A stretch of 64,000 bases of DNA from NCBI RefSeq assembly GCF_001194135.2, contig NC_068993.1, forward strand, positions 11,393,592 to 11,457,591, given 5' to 3'. Origin of the DNA: Octopus bimaculoides (taxonomy: Eukaryota). The notes below the pieces were generated by a model that was given only the letters and a program-made list of their open reading frames with translations, was not told where the DNA came from and did not search any database. Each line of letters starts with the position of its first letter. Position 1 is the first letter of the stretch. A program made the translations under genes and the position numbers. Positions 12,500-24,325 of the stretch are shown here, piece by piece.

Positions 12500-13148
12500 T
12501 AGAAACTGGAAAACGAAAAGGGTGACCTAAAAAAGGATACTGAAATCCTAAACATCGTGGCCCAGGATCAGGCTCTGAATACCAACTCAGTGAAAACGAA
12601 TATACACCATATAAGGGCATCGGACCTCTGCAGAATGTGTGGGAAGACAGTCGAAAGGGTGACTCACATTCTTAATGTTGTGAATGTCTTGCGCAAAAAG
12701 AGTACAAGCGTAGATACAACAAGGTAGTCCAAAACCTCAACTGGCTATTATGCCGTAAGTATGGAGGTGAGGTTGCGGGTGCTTGGTACCAACATACACC
12801 GAAAAAGGTAATGGACGAAAAGGGGAAGGCTAAAATCCTTTGGGATTTTTACTTCCAGACAGACAAGATGTTAGAACACCGAAGGCCAGATATAGTAACC
12901 TTTGGGAGGGGCAAAAAAGAGTGCCTAATAATTGACGAAGCGGTGCCAGATCAACATATCATCATGAAAGAAAGAGAAAACGTTGATAAATATGGAGACA
13001 TGAGAATTGAGGTCGCTGAGATGTGGCAGCTATGGGAGTTGAACATAAAGGTTATCCCTATTGTCATTGGAGCATTGGGTTCAACACCACCCAAAACCAC
13101 ACGATATCTTCAACAACAACCTCGCGATATTATATACTGTGCGACATC
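12500..13148 (+). mobile_element. R4/Dong-like (RLE-type) non-LTR retrotransposon 3' fragment: zinc knuckle plus restriction-like endonuclease
   Basis: Frameshifted translation gives AQDQALNTN, CRMCGKTVERVTHIL, KILWDF..QTDKMLEHRRPDIV, CLIIDEAVP, KYGDM and VIPIVIGALGS. These are hallmark CCHC and PD-(D/E)xK motifs. An (ATA)n run follows. Confidence 0.9.

Positions 13149-13208
<60 letters not shown>
13149..13208. repeat. (ATA)n microsatellite at the 3' end of the R4/Dong-like fragment
   Basis: Directly visible. Confidence 0.95.
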
Positions 13209-13209
<1 letters not shown>

Positions 13210-13211
13210 GT

Positions 13212-13300
13212 TTCAAATTATAACACAATGGGGGAGGGGGCAAATCGATGACATTGACCCCAGTAGTCAACTAGGATTCATACCGAACGAATCTCGAAAA
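13212..13300 (-). mobile_element. SINE family A 3' fragment
   Basis: TTTCAAATT...GGGGAGGGGG..AAATCGATGACATTGACCCCAGT matches the reverse complement of the family A tail. Confidence 0.6.
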
Positions 13301-14464
13301 GGTGAAAGGCATGAAAGAATAAAAATGAAACAGAAAAATAATTGTTCTTCTTATTTGTGAGAAAGGATTATCGTCGTGAAGGATGGATTATTATTGAATG
13401 GTAATCAATTTTTTGAAATATTAAAGCTTTAAAAAATCTCTTGTACTTTGCGGTTTTAATCAACATCCTATCGAGATCAACTTTGTCTTTTGTCCTTTCG
13501 TGGTCAATAAAACGACGTGCCATTTCGGTGTTAATGTAATCCACCAAACCTATGGCCCAAAACTGATGACCTTGGCAGTATCATTAGTGAGTCGAGACGA
13601 TTCTCTAGCGTCATTAATTTTGCCTCATTAGATACTATGCTCAAATTTCACCGAGGTCATTTCTGCATATTATGCTCTCTTGGCCGATGAAATATTGTAC
13701 CAAAAAAGTTACCGGTGTCGTTGTAATTGACTTAAACCACTTCCAATAAATTTTTCACTTTATGCTTACATTAAGAAAAAAAAAGAGTTATTATTATGTT
13801 GTCACAAAATGTTAGAGTGGCATTTGATCTAGTTGATTATCTCTTGATTTCTTATTCTGCATTGGTCAGTATTTTCTTTAACCATTTCTTCATCTCCAAA
13901 ATCAATCATCAGTCAACAACCGGGATCAATGTATTAAATAACAACTTTCCAACAATATATTGTTAGCAATTTATAAACAATTATTATTATTAATACTACG
14001 ACTAGCATCATTGCAGCTGCTGCTGGTGCTACTACGGCTAAGAGATAGTGTTGCTGATTGTTTGAATAATCTTAACACAGTGTGTTGGGCAAACATATAC
14101 AAGAATGCGGATATAATAATTGATACATCTTCACATAGAGACAGTCATACATGCACGTACGTACACACAATATATATAATTCAGTATTTAGGGACAAATC
14201 AGTACAAATTTTAAAATGAGATAATATTGGAAAGAGAAAGACGCACTTAGTCACATTTGAAATAATCGGGAAAACTACGCACATGTGTATATAATTATAG
14301 ATCAATTTTAAATATAAATGTTAACATTCACAGTCATATTCATATATGCATATAAACATGCATACATATATTTTTACATATCTGTGCGTATATGTACATA
14401 AATATATTCATAGATGCATTCACATATGCATGTATATACATATATATATACACACACACAAAAC

Positions 14465-14518
<54 letters not shown>

Positions 14519-15534
14519 NNNNNNNNNNNNNNNNNNNNNNNNNNNNNNNNNNNNNNNNNNNNNNNNNNNNNNNNNNNNNNNNNNNNNNNNNNNNNNNNNN
14601 NNNNNNNNNNNNNNNNNNNNNNNNNNNNNNNNNNNNNNNNNNNNNNNNNNNNNNNNNNNNNNNNNNNNNNNNNNNNNNNNNNNNNNNNNNNNNNNNNNNN
14701 NNNNNNNNNNNNNNNNNNNNNNNNNNNNNNNNNNNNNNNNNNNNNNNNNNNNNNNNNNNNNNNNNNNNNNNNNNNNNNNNNNNNNNNNNNNNNNNNNNNN
14801 NNNNNNNNNNNNNNNNNNNNNNNNNNNNNNNNNNNNNNNNNNNNNNNNNNNNNNNNNNNNNNNNNNNNNNNNNNNNNNNNNNNNNNNNNNNNNNNNNNNN
14901 NNNNNNNNNNNNNNNNNNNNNNNNNNNNNNNNNNNNNNNNNNNNNTATATATAATATATATACATACATATATATATGTGCATGTATATATTTATATATG
15001 TATATTTATATATGCATATATTTATATATTATTATGACTATATTTATACCCATGTAAACATACACAATGATATATTTTCGTGTGCGCATATATTTATATT
15101 AAATGCAACCATACAACTCTAATTATTTTAGAGGACAATAGACTCGCATGGTTTTATCGAGAAATACTAAAATAGAACCGATGCGTTAAAAATGCATAGA
15201 CAAATCATCCTTCTTTTACTCAACAGAAAACTTTACCACAGCTAAAATTTTTACCTAACTTGCTTAAATCAGGTTTTATTAATAACTCCTTTTAAATACA
15301 TTTTCCAAATTCTATAACGTGATTTTAAAGGATAACAGTAAATCAAAAACAACGAGAAAAATATTAAACGAGGACAAAACCCAGCAAGTTTCGTTTATGT
15401 ATATCAATATCATGCAGGTTTGTATCACGGGATGTAGTGTAAGAGAATATAGCTATGAGGTTGGCTATAACACAGACACTTCGATACAGCAGCTACTACT
15501 ACTACTGCTACTACTACTGTTATACACGCGTTGG

Positions 15535-15616
15535 TCCAGTGTGCCATACAGTGGGACTGAACCCTGATCCATATGGTGTTGGTAAGCAAGCTACTTACTA
15601 CACAGCCATTCCTGCG
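15535..15616 (-). mobile_element. tRNA-derived SINE head, family B
   Basis: Minus strand GCAGGAATGGCTGTGTAGTAAGTAGCTTGCTTACCAA...GGGTTCAGTCCCACTG (A- and B-box-like). A related head lies at 25083-25138. Confidence 0.7.
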
Positions 15617-15676
15617 CTTATATGTGTGTATTTACATACATACACACACAGACACACCCACACGCACATACCCCCC

Positions 15677-15725
<49 letters not shown>

Positions 15726-15787
15726 CTTAGAACTTACATAAAACTTAGATATATTTCGACCAAAGATTGGTCCATGCCATGTCTAAC

Positions 15788-16585
15788 TTAATAGCATCTC
15801 CTGATAAGATTATATGATGTCATGGTCCAGTCTAGTAGAGAGTACTTGTTGATTGAGTTGTATCCATGTATAGGTGGCTTATCTGGTATTACTTGAAGAA
15901 ATTTTTCCAGATTCCGATTACAGGCGATGGGATCCTTTTCCTCTTTAATCTGTTTTGGGACAATGTTAAATAGAGCAGGGCCTGACGAGGAAAAGTAATT
16001 GTGTTGCAGCGTATTTATGTGTTGTGATCCTGAATTGGATAGAGGACGTATGACCCATGGTCCTAGCCTTGGATGAATTTTGAAGCTAATGTTGAAGTCC
16101 ATTGGGCAATACTGGCGGTATATTCTCCACATCGTGCAAATGATTTATCACTCACGGTGGCGCTGAAGAGAATAGAGTTTCAATGCTTTAAGGTGGTCCC
16201 ATTAATCGAGATCAGTCATGCCTTTAATTCGTTTAGTGAATACCATCTGGGGTGATTCAATTTTCGAGATGTTTTATTTTGTATATGGGGACCACAGTGG
16301 GCAGCAGTATTCGAGGTGCGGCCGTACAAAGGAGGAGAAAAGTGGAATGATGACACCTTGTTCTCTGGACCGAAAGGTTCTTATTATCCAGCAGCTCATC
16401 ATACGAGCTATATCAACATTTTGTTGATTTGGGTACTCCAACTGGGATTGTTATAGGGGATCGTTATAGGCAATTACTTCTAGGTCCCTGATATTATTAG
16501 ATGATGTGAGAGGTTTCCCTAAAGGAAGAGAGTATGGTTGTTTTAGCATAGTTTCTTTTCCAAAATGCATGAGCTCAAATTTTCC
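15788..16585 (-). mobile_element. CR1-like LINE ORF2 3' fragment
   Basis: Minus-strand GKFELMHFG, IRDL, YCCPLWSP and FKIHPRLGP...GPALFNIVPKQIKEEKDP...FLQVIPDKPP. Same family as 50385-50671. Confidence 0.85.
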
Positions 16586-16786
16586 TTCGTTTAGTTGCAT
16601 TTTGTTTTTGTCTGCCGATTGACTCACCGCATGTATACATATAAACGTATGTATTTATATATACATATATATACATATACACACATATATCTACAAATAT
16701 ATGTGTGTGTTTGTGTGTGTGTATGTATATGTGTGTGAAAGTTTGTGTGTGTATGAATATATAAATAGAGAGAGTTAAATAGGTAG

Positions 16787-16846
16787 ATAATAGATAGATA
16801 AATTTATAGATAGATAGATAAATAGATAGATAGATAGATAGATAGC
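16787..16846. repeat. (GATA)n microsatellite
   Basis: Directly visible. Confidence 0.9.
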
Positions 16847-17362
16847 TATGCTTATACATATACATACATACTTGCAGATCTGCATACGTACATACATACG
16901 TAAGCCAATGACTACAAGAAGTTCCAAATGCGATTAATGGAATTAATTCTCTTTATACAGTAATCTAGTATATTTCTTGAAATATATTTTGCTCGTATTT
17001 TCTCTACATATGCATTTTCTGCATATGTTGTTTTATTTCCACCATTTGTTACGTATTTTCCTTAAGTCTACCGGATTTGTAGAGAATCAATATGATATGA
17101 ATCTGTTATATCCAAGTCTTCTGTCGGTTATATGGTTCAAAATAACTTTATTTCTTATCTAAACGTTTGAGAAGAGAAATTATAAACTGATATATCTAAC
17201 TTAATGTTCTTATTTTTTTTTGTCATTAAGTCCATAGCATCTTTGCCATCGTATCCTCCATGCTTCTTCAGGAAATTCCGTCCTGTCTCATTTTTGGACC
17301 TGCTGAATAGTTTATTAAGCCTACGAATGTTCGAAATTAAGTGAATTGTACTAAATGCCATA

Positions 17363-17410
17363 GGTAGCTGAAGAAGCCTGGTAGCTCCAACGCTCGAAAT
17401 ACGTTGTTAC
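17363..17410 (+). ncRNA. Degenerate hammerhead-like motif in a probable PLE terminus
   Basis: CTGAAGA-AGCCTGG-tagct-CCAACGCTC-GAAA-TACGTT. Stem II is partial, and GAAATACGTT is consistent with CpG decay of GAAACGCGTT. Confidence 0.35.
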
Positions 17411-17937
17411 TAAAGCAAGCAAGATGGTAACACGAGTACGAGTATGTCATTCATATTTTTGAGTTTTAAGTATAGAAAATATGTTATTTGACATTTAGAT
17501 ATGTTCTAAATAGTTCATTCTAATTAAAATTGTGTGAATTGTCAGACATCCTAGTGGGGGCAGGTAGAAGACCTCGGGGAATTCGCGCCGACATTCGGCG
17601 TTCTGAGCTGTAAGCTATCAGGGTAAAATTTCCTTTCGACTATTTCGGGGGCGGCGAAAAAAATAAATGAATAAAAACGAAAAAGAAGTATGCAGTCAAA
17701 GTGTTGGATTGGCAGAAAGTATGATGGAACCAAATGCTTGTCTGTCTTTGTTCCGTTTCTTGGCATTTTTGAATTACTTGCCTGAATGTTTCTGTGATAC
17801 AAATGTACGGCTTGGGTTGACACTACCAACGTACACACGTGCACACACCCACGCACTCACACACATACACACACGCACACACATACACGTATCTATTTAT
17901 ATAAGTCCTTTGTTTACAGGAGACAAGATCGGGGCAT

Positions 17938-17966
17938 GTATGTATGTATGTATGTATGTATGTATG

Positions 17967-18004
<38 letters not shown>
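17938..18004. repeat. (TATG)n(TATC)n microsatellite
   Basis: Directly visible. Confidence 0.95.
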
Positions 18005-18005
<1 letters not shown>

Positions 18006-18019
18006 AAATCAATCATTCT

Positions 18020-18385
18020 ATCTGCGAAGACATGCACTGAGACTGCGACATCACCGGCGCTTCATAGACGACGGTGAACAGATGTGGTCGCCGTTTGTGC
18101 GGCGCGCATTCCCGCAGCTCGTCTTCTTGGCCGAACTGCAGTCATGGATCAAACAGAGACTGAGGCTAGGCGAATGGTACCACAAGTGTCGTCTTGCTCT
18201 CAAGCAACTCTGCCGTCCGGGACCAAACTTGTGCGACTTCATTACAACAAAGGCGTTCTACAGAGGATTAGAAGAGGGGAGGTGCCACGACGTTCTCGAG
18301 CAGAATCTGGGCGTCGACGAGGAACACCTGACCTGCCTGTTCAGGACAACTCTCCAGCCAGGACCTATGGGCAATCACCCGTGTG
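18020..18385 (+). mobile_element. Tx1/L1-clade LINE ORF2 fragment (post-RT region)
   Basis: GC-rich island with a stop-free, GC3-rich frame: FIDDGEQMWSPFVRRAFPQLVFLAELQSWIKQRLRLGEWYHKCRLALKQL...TTKAFYRGLEEG...DEEHLTCLFRTTLQPGPMGN. It resembles cephalopod Tx1-like ORF2 just before the zinc finger (recall) and is truncated by a SINE. Confidence 0.55.
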
Positions 18386-18395
18386 ATTGTTTGCT

Positions 18396-18587
18396 AAGGG
18401 GGCGAGCTGGCAGAATCGTTAGCACGCCTGGCGAAATGCTTAGCGGTATTACATTTGCCGAGGTCGACTTTTCCTTTCGGTGTCGATTAAATATCTACCA
18501 GTTGCACACTGGTGTCGATGTAATCGATTTAAACCCTTTGTTTGTCCCCTCTATTTTTATTCCACTATGGGCAATAAAGAAATAAAA
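18396..18587 (+). mobile_element. SINE family A with internal deletion
   Basis: GGGGGCGAGCTGGCAGAATCGTTAGCACGCCTGGCGAAATGCTTAGCGGTATT...GCCGAGGTCGACTTT...GGTGTCGATGTAATCGAT. Confidence 0.9.
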
Positions 18588-19278
18588 ATTCTCTAGACAG
18601 CTGCCAGTAACCCTGATATTAAATATCCGTTTGGGTTCGTTATACGACAAACTGTTTTTCAACATTTCATGTTTCGCATGATTTTGTCTGGGAAATTCAA
18701 CATCTGAATTGAATTCATTTCTTTTCATATAAAGTAGCCAGCATTTATATAAGAATATTATATTCAACTGATCGACACAATGTGAAACTTATATTTCAGT
18801 ATGTAGGTTAGCATCTCTAGATTAAACTATCTTTGAATTTCAATACATCCAATACATAGATGATGTTGAATCAATTTAGAGTAAATAGGAATCTTTTATG
18901 CACGGTTGCCATAATATTACTGTCTTCGAAATTACAATATATGGCTGCTTATTCTTTGAAATATCACATTGCTTCTAAGACAAAATCTGGCTGCCACTTT
19001 CTTTAGTCCAGACACATTAGATGAAACAGAAATGGAGAAACTTTCTTTCTCTTCTGTTTTGCGATTCTTATAATAATCTTGTCATTTCACAGTTCTTTGT
19101 TTCTTTTGATTCTTTCATTCATTATTCTTTCTACCATTCATTCGTTCTTTCTTTCTTGTTTTGTTTCGTTCTTTCTTTCGTGTTTTGTTTCGTTTTTCAT
19201 TGTATATTTCTGTTTCACATACAATTTCTAATTACCTTTAACCCGTCGACATCTTGCTCGTATACACCCTCTTTCTCT

Positions 19279-19281
<3 letters not shown>

Positions 19282-19328
<47 letters not shown>

Positions 19329-19352
19329 ACATGTATATATATATATATATAT
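19282..19352. repeat. (CA)n(TA)n microsatellite
   Basis: Directly visible. Confidence 0.95.
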
Positions 19353-20896
19353 ACGCATACATGTACACACACATATGATTAACTTTCATATAGTTTCCCA
19401 TCCAATAGGTGGACCGAGGACTATTCTAGAGACCATTATTCCACGGTGAAATGCTTCTTCACCACAAATAGACTAATCACCAACATCAAAATAATGTCTT
19501 ACACATTAAATTTAAATCTTTTCTGTATATTCCATAATAATGTCGATCAGCCTCGGCGTTTTCACAGAAATATACTTATATTCTGTAAAAGAATCCCAGC
19601 CTTATCATATGACGAAACCTCATTGTATACGTTATTAAATGTATGCAAGAACGCATTAACATTTGGTGGTTTTAATGTAACGCTTGAATATCGCTTGTGA
19701 TCACGTGCAGCGTGATCCTCTATACTCATTTAATATTTCAAGAAAGAATACAGAAACATTCCTTCATTTTGTAAACTTGTACCGTCGTTTTGAACATAAA
19801 TATATAGGAGAATAAATTTTCTACTCCAATTCACATACATACGATACGATAGGGAATCTATACAAGAAAGCATTATCACCTGGAGTTTGCAAAGTAACGT
19901 TTCATTATTATATGAGGTAGAATACAAAAGAGAAGCCGGGTTGTTTAATTCGGGATATTAAATTGATGTCAGAATTTAGAATAGACAAACATTTTTTCGT
20001 TTTGCAAAATTGGACTATCTTTTCCAACATAAATATAAAAAGAAATCCTTTTCTACTCAAATTCACTTAACATAACTTATTGAACATTAACAGATTTCGA
20101 TAACATACTATCAACTGTCAATAATAATAAAATAATGATTAATTGAAATTACTAGAACGTAAATAGCATTAACACATCAAAAATGCAATTGTCATTCAGA
20201 AAACGTATGTCCAGTTAATGGCAATTGTATAAGCAACTCATTTTTCTATCCATCGCCTGTCACATTTAATATTAATCAAAATTGAATTGATTATATTGGA
20301 ATGACAGCATATCAATTTGAAGATTAGATATTATCAGAATAATTATACATTTAATAACATTGCAAAAACGATTTGACATTTGCTTAAGCGACAGAAGTTT
20401 TATTTTTTTTTGTTGGGGAATAATATTTTAATCTAGAATATTAGATGGTGCTGTTAGACAATCAATAAGTCATACAGAATCTAATTTCTTCTGCAGCTTA
20501 TGTAGCGCTGACTTAAACTTATTTGGTAAAACACTAGCAACTGCTACGTAGAGACATATGCTATATGAAATTTATTTACCTATCTATATAAATGTCAGTG
20601 TGTATATAGTTAAGTAGTTATCTTCAGAATATATTTAGTTGTATGTATGTGTGTGTGTGAGTGTGAGTGTATGTATGTATGTATGTATGTATGTATGTAT
20701 GCATCTATCTATCTATCTGTCTATCTGTATGTCTGTCTATCAATGTACGTAGTCCATAGGACTGGGTACCCTGTGGAGGTAGTCCTCGATAAAGTTTTCG
20801 GTGTAAAAAATTCAAATCATTTGAGTAGCACAATTGCCGTGATTAGTAACAAATTCTCGTACATTCCATCTTCCGTCTTTCATTTACTCTATATAG

Positions 20897-20967
20897 TGGC
20901 ACTCCGCCGGTTACAACGACAAGGGTTCCAGTTGATCCAATCAACGGAACAGCCTGCTCGTAAAATT
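20897..20967 (+). repeat. Interspersed repeat core (SINE central-domain-like), copy 1
   Basis: GGCACTCCGCCGGTTACAACGACAAGGGTTCCAGTTGATCCAATCAACGGAACAGCCTGCTCGTAAAATT, near-identical to 21739-21810. Confidence 0.8.
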
Positions 20968-21671
20968 GAGGACCGACCTGAAGGTAAATAAAACTTCGTC
21001 CTAAAACGAAAAGCTCTGTCCTAACATTAGATGTGGTTAACCTCGAAGGTAGTTAGCCCCTAACTATGAGTCTCATAATCTTAATCAGTTATATGCTCAA
21101 GAAAAAGATATAAGCTCCAGCCTTTCGTCTCAGCCTGTCTCTCAGTGCTTTTCTTCTTAATTTATCTCACTCACATACACATATACATACAAATAGTCAT
21201 GCGCATTGAAGTGATTAGCTATCTGCTTGTTCTTAGTAATATTCCTTCAATTCAATCTTTCACTTCAGAGTTAGTATGACAAACATCAAATATCTTAATA
21301 TTTTGGACATTACCAATGAAATTCAATCTGCATCAAACAAAGCCAAGTGCAACACTCTATTCTGTCACTGGATCGTTTTAACGCAGCTGCCTTTTATGGA
21401 GTTTAATATTGCACACTATTTGGAAATTTGACAATTAACTTGTGAAGAAGCCTTTCATTGCTTGGTTAACGGATATCACATTACAATTGCCATTTGTTAT
21501 CGGATAATAAATACTACAGAATCCATCGTTATACACTGGGGAACTGTAATATACTTACTGTTCAGGAGATTGTAATATCGTGGTGATATGATGCTTGTTA
21601 CGTTGCATTATCATTCCTCGGTGCCGAAATTATGGAGATCAGTGTTCAGAAAAGTAAATGTACCTCCCTCT

Positions 21672-21720
21672 CTACCTACCTACCTACCTACCTACCTACC
21701 TACCTACCTATCTACCTACG
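21672..21720. repeat. (CCTA)n microsatellite
   Basis: Directly visible. Confidence 0.9.
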
Positions 21721-21738
21721 TAGATACATATATACATA

Positions 21739-21827
21739 TGGCACACCGTTGGTGACAACGACTAGGGTTCCAGTTGATCCGATCAACGGAACAGCCTGCT
21801 CGTGAAATTAACGTGCAAGTGGCTGAG
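21739..21827 (+). repeat. Interspersed repeat core (SINE central-domain-like), copy 2
   Basis: GGGTTCCAGTTGATCCGATCAACGGAACAGCCTGCTCGTGAAATTAACGTGCAAGTGGCTGAG. Confidence 0.8.
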
Positions 21828-23432
21828 AAAGAGAGAAACTGAGACAGAAAGAGAGTTTGCTGGGTGTATATGTATTTGTATGTGAGCGTGTCTCTGAGAG
21901 AGCATTTATATTTCAAGAGAATTACAGGTCACCTAAGTTAAATTACTTTCTATTCGTGCGTAGGTCAACTCTAATTAAAGAGACGTGTAGCCAATATAAG
22001 ATCTCGACGATCTTACAATTTCTTTTTTATGTCTTGCACGATTTTTTTACGATGTGCCCTACATATCATTGAAGAATAACGACTATAATTTGAGGCAAAA
22101 TTTACCGTTCTTTCTAGAAGTTGCATTAATCACTTAGGCATTCACTCTACTCGTAATCTTGAATTTATTTTTTGAAAATATGCATTAGTTAAATAAGCTA
22201 TTGTTATTTCTAATTTTCTTCCTCTAAATTTCTTATGTCTAAGTAAACATCCTTACAAATATGTGTTACTTTAAACATCCTTTTATTGCTGCACGAAATC
22301 TCTGCGTATGTTTATATTAGAGTAGTCTCACAAGAGATAAAAAGCAACGTTTAGTATTTTAAGAGCACCAAGAGACCTTGCAGGGTTCAGCCTTTAATTA
22401 TATATTTCCGTGACGCCAAATCTATTTGATAAGAATTACCATCAACACAAGGTTGTTAAAAAAAATATACTCATTGTTTCTATTTTATTGCACTGACCAA
22501 CCCGTGAGAGAGTGAAAGAGAGAAAATGAGATAGAGAGAGCACTATTAATCTTTGATCTATTATCGACCACTACCTACTTTAAAGATATATAAGAAATCA
22601 GACCCCGTAGAAAAAAAAAGAATATAATTTAACATCACTAAGTTTGTCAAAATCGATACTTTTCCTCCATCAATATACTTCAACATCAGACATCGGATAA
22701 TATCTATCATCATAGACATTATTTCTGTGTTATATATCGACTATCAAAGACAGTGAACGTTTAGGCTACTGAAATAATCATCAGTGTGGTTTAATCAATT
22801 CTAAGTACCAGTTCTTCTGATCATCACGCATTCGTTTAATCGAGAAGAAAAGAAAAACAGAAAAGAAAAGAGAAAAAGAACGAAAGAAAATAATGAAACC
22901 GGGATTCTGAATACATCGATCAGATGTGACGTTCCTTGCTGTATATCCATACATAAAATAATTAATTCTCAAAGTTGCAGAAAAGCAAATTGGCAAATTG
23001 CAGCAGTAGGTGTAGTTGAGATATAGAAAAGAAATTTTGTTCTTGACGATCTTGTTTAACCACTGGTTTATTACCTTCGTCAAAAGGACATGTATATACA
23101 CATGCATTTCTACAATGATCTCCCCGCTAGTTGTTTTGCATGTATTTCATATGAGATGTGCTTTATTCTAAACTATGCATGATATGACGGATAATGGTGG
23201 CAATTGTAAGTTGATCGAAAGAGATTATGAACTAGTAGCACAAGAATTCGATTGATTGTTTTTTGTAGTAAATTCCTTTCGAAGTATACATATGCACATG
23301 GATTTCGAAATGCTGATTGCATCTCGTTTTAATCACTCATTTCAAATGCATACATATATATGCATACATCCTGGATGGGTATATCTTCTGAAGACTTGAA
23401 GAAGACAGTAATATCGACATAAAATGCAACCT

Positions 23433-24325
23433 CTCATGGATTCGTGAGTTTCTCTGTCATCACATCCTACTTCGAAAGCTGTGCATTTACAATAGAAGGA
23501 GAGGCGATCCATACGAAATATCTAATCAACAAAAGAGACAGTGCAACCTTTGGAGCTCCAAGATGCAATCGAAAGTGTAGATTATGTCATATTTCTGTGG
23601 AAGACATCACACGTGTGCTTAGCATTTGCCCCAGGATCTTATCAACATAGTAGCTCTGTATGAGACATGAACTTATCGCAAAAACAATATAAAATGTATA
23701 GCCTGCTGGTGACGATGTTTCCTGGGACTAAATAACAATAACATTCGTCCTAAACCAGAGCTGCCACGTTGTGTTGGAAAAATATCTTTACTCTAGAGTA
23801 CTGTTATTGAATGGCTTACGTTGAGAGATATACAAATAGAAATTTTCTATTTTAATATAAAATGCTATTCGAAAAAATACTGTCATGGAATGAATATACA
23901 AAATCGCCCACTTATTAAATACATACACAGACATCACCACAAGGAACACTGGTGGGACATTCTGATCAAAACATCTGTGAATTGTAAACATAACACACCA
24001 GATATTTGTTTGGGGCAGACAAGTAATAGTATGTACCGTCACAGAGGCCAACTGTTCTTTTGATGTGAATATCTCTATGAAAATCAAAGTGAAAGAGAAG
24101 AACTACGGTCAGATATTTCGAAGGATCAAGCGTTTATATCCAGATTATAAATTTACATTTATACCAATAATAATTGATGCACTCGGCTTTGTGACTAAAT
24201 GCCTAAATGGTAGCTTGGACAAGCTAATTATGTTCAGAAAAACAAATCAAACAACTAATTCGCAAATTACAAATACATTCTGTAAGTAGAATGCTAAAAA
24301 TATGCAGACTCTTCTTAAGTCTAAA
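23433..24325 (+). mobile_element. RLE-type non-LTR retrotransposon 3' fragment (R4/NeSL-like)
   Basis: KCRLCHISVEDITRVLSICP (zinc knuckle), WWDILIKT..CKHNTPDI and KEKNYG...YPDYKFTFIPIIIDALGFVTK, with frameshifts. Same family as 45623-46150. Confidence 0.85.

Noticed and set aside
13555-13610. CTGATGA followed by GAGAC
   Set aside because: No GAAA box and no stems.
18180-18290. Resemblance of CRLALKQL...LCDFITTKAFY to the Mab-21/cGAS-like 'LxSYHLKT' region
   Set aside because: The key SYH/KT residues are absent, and the flanking peptide fits Tx1-like ORF2 better.
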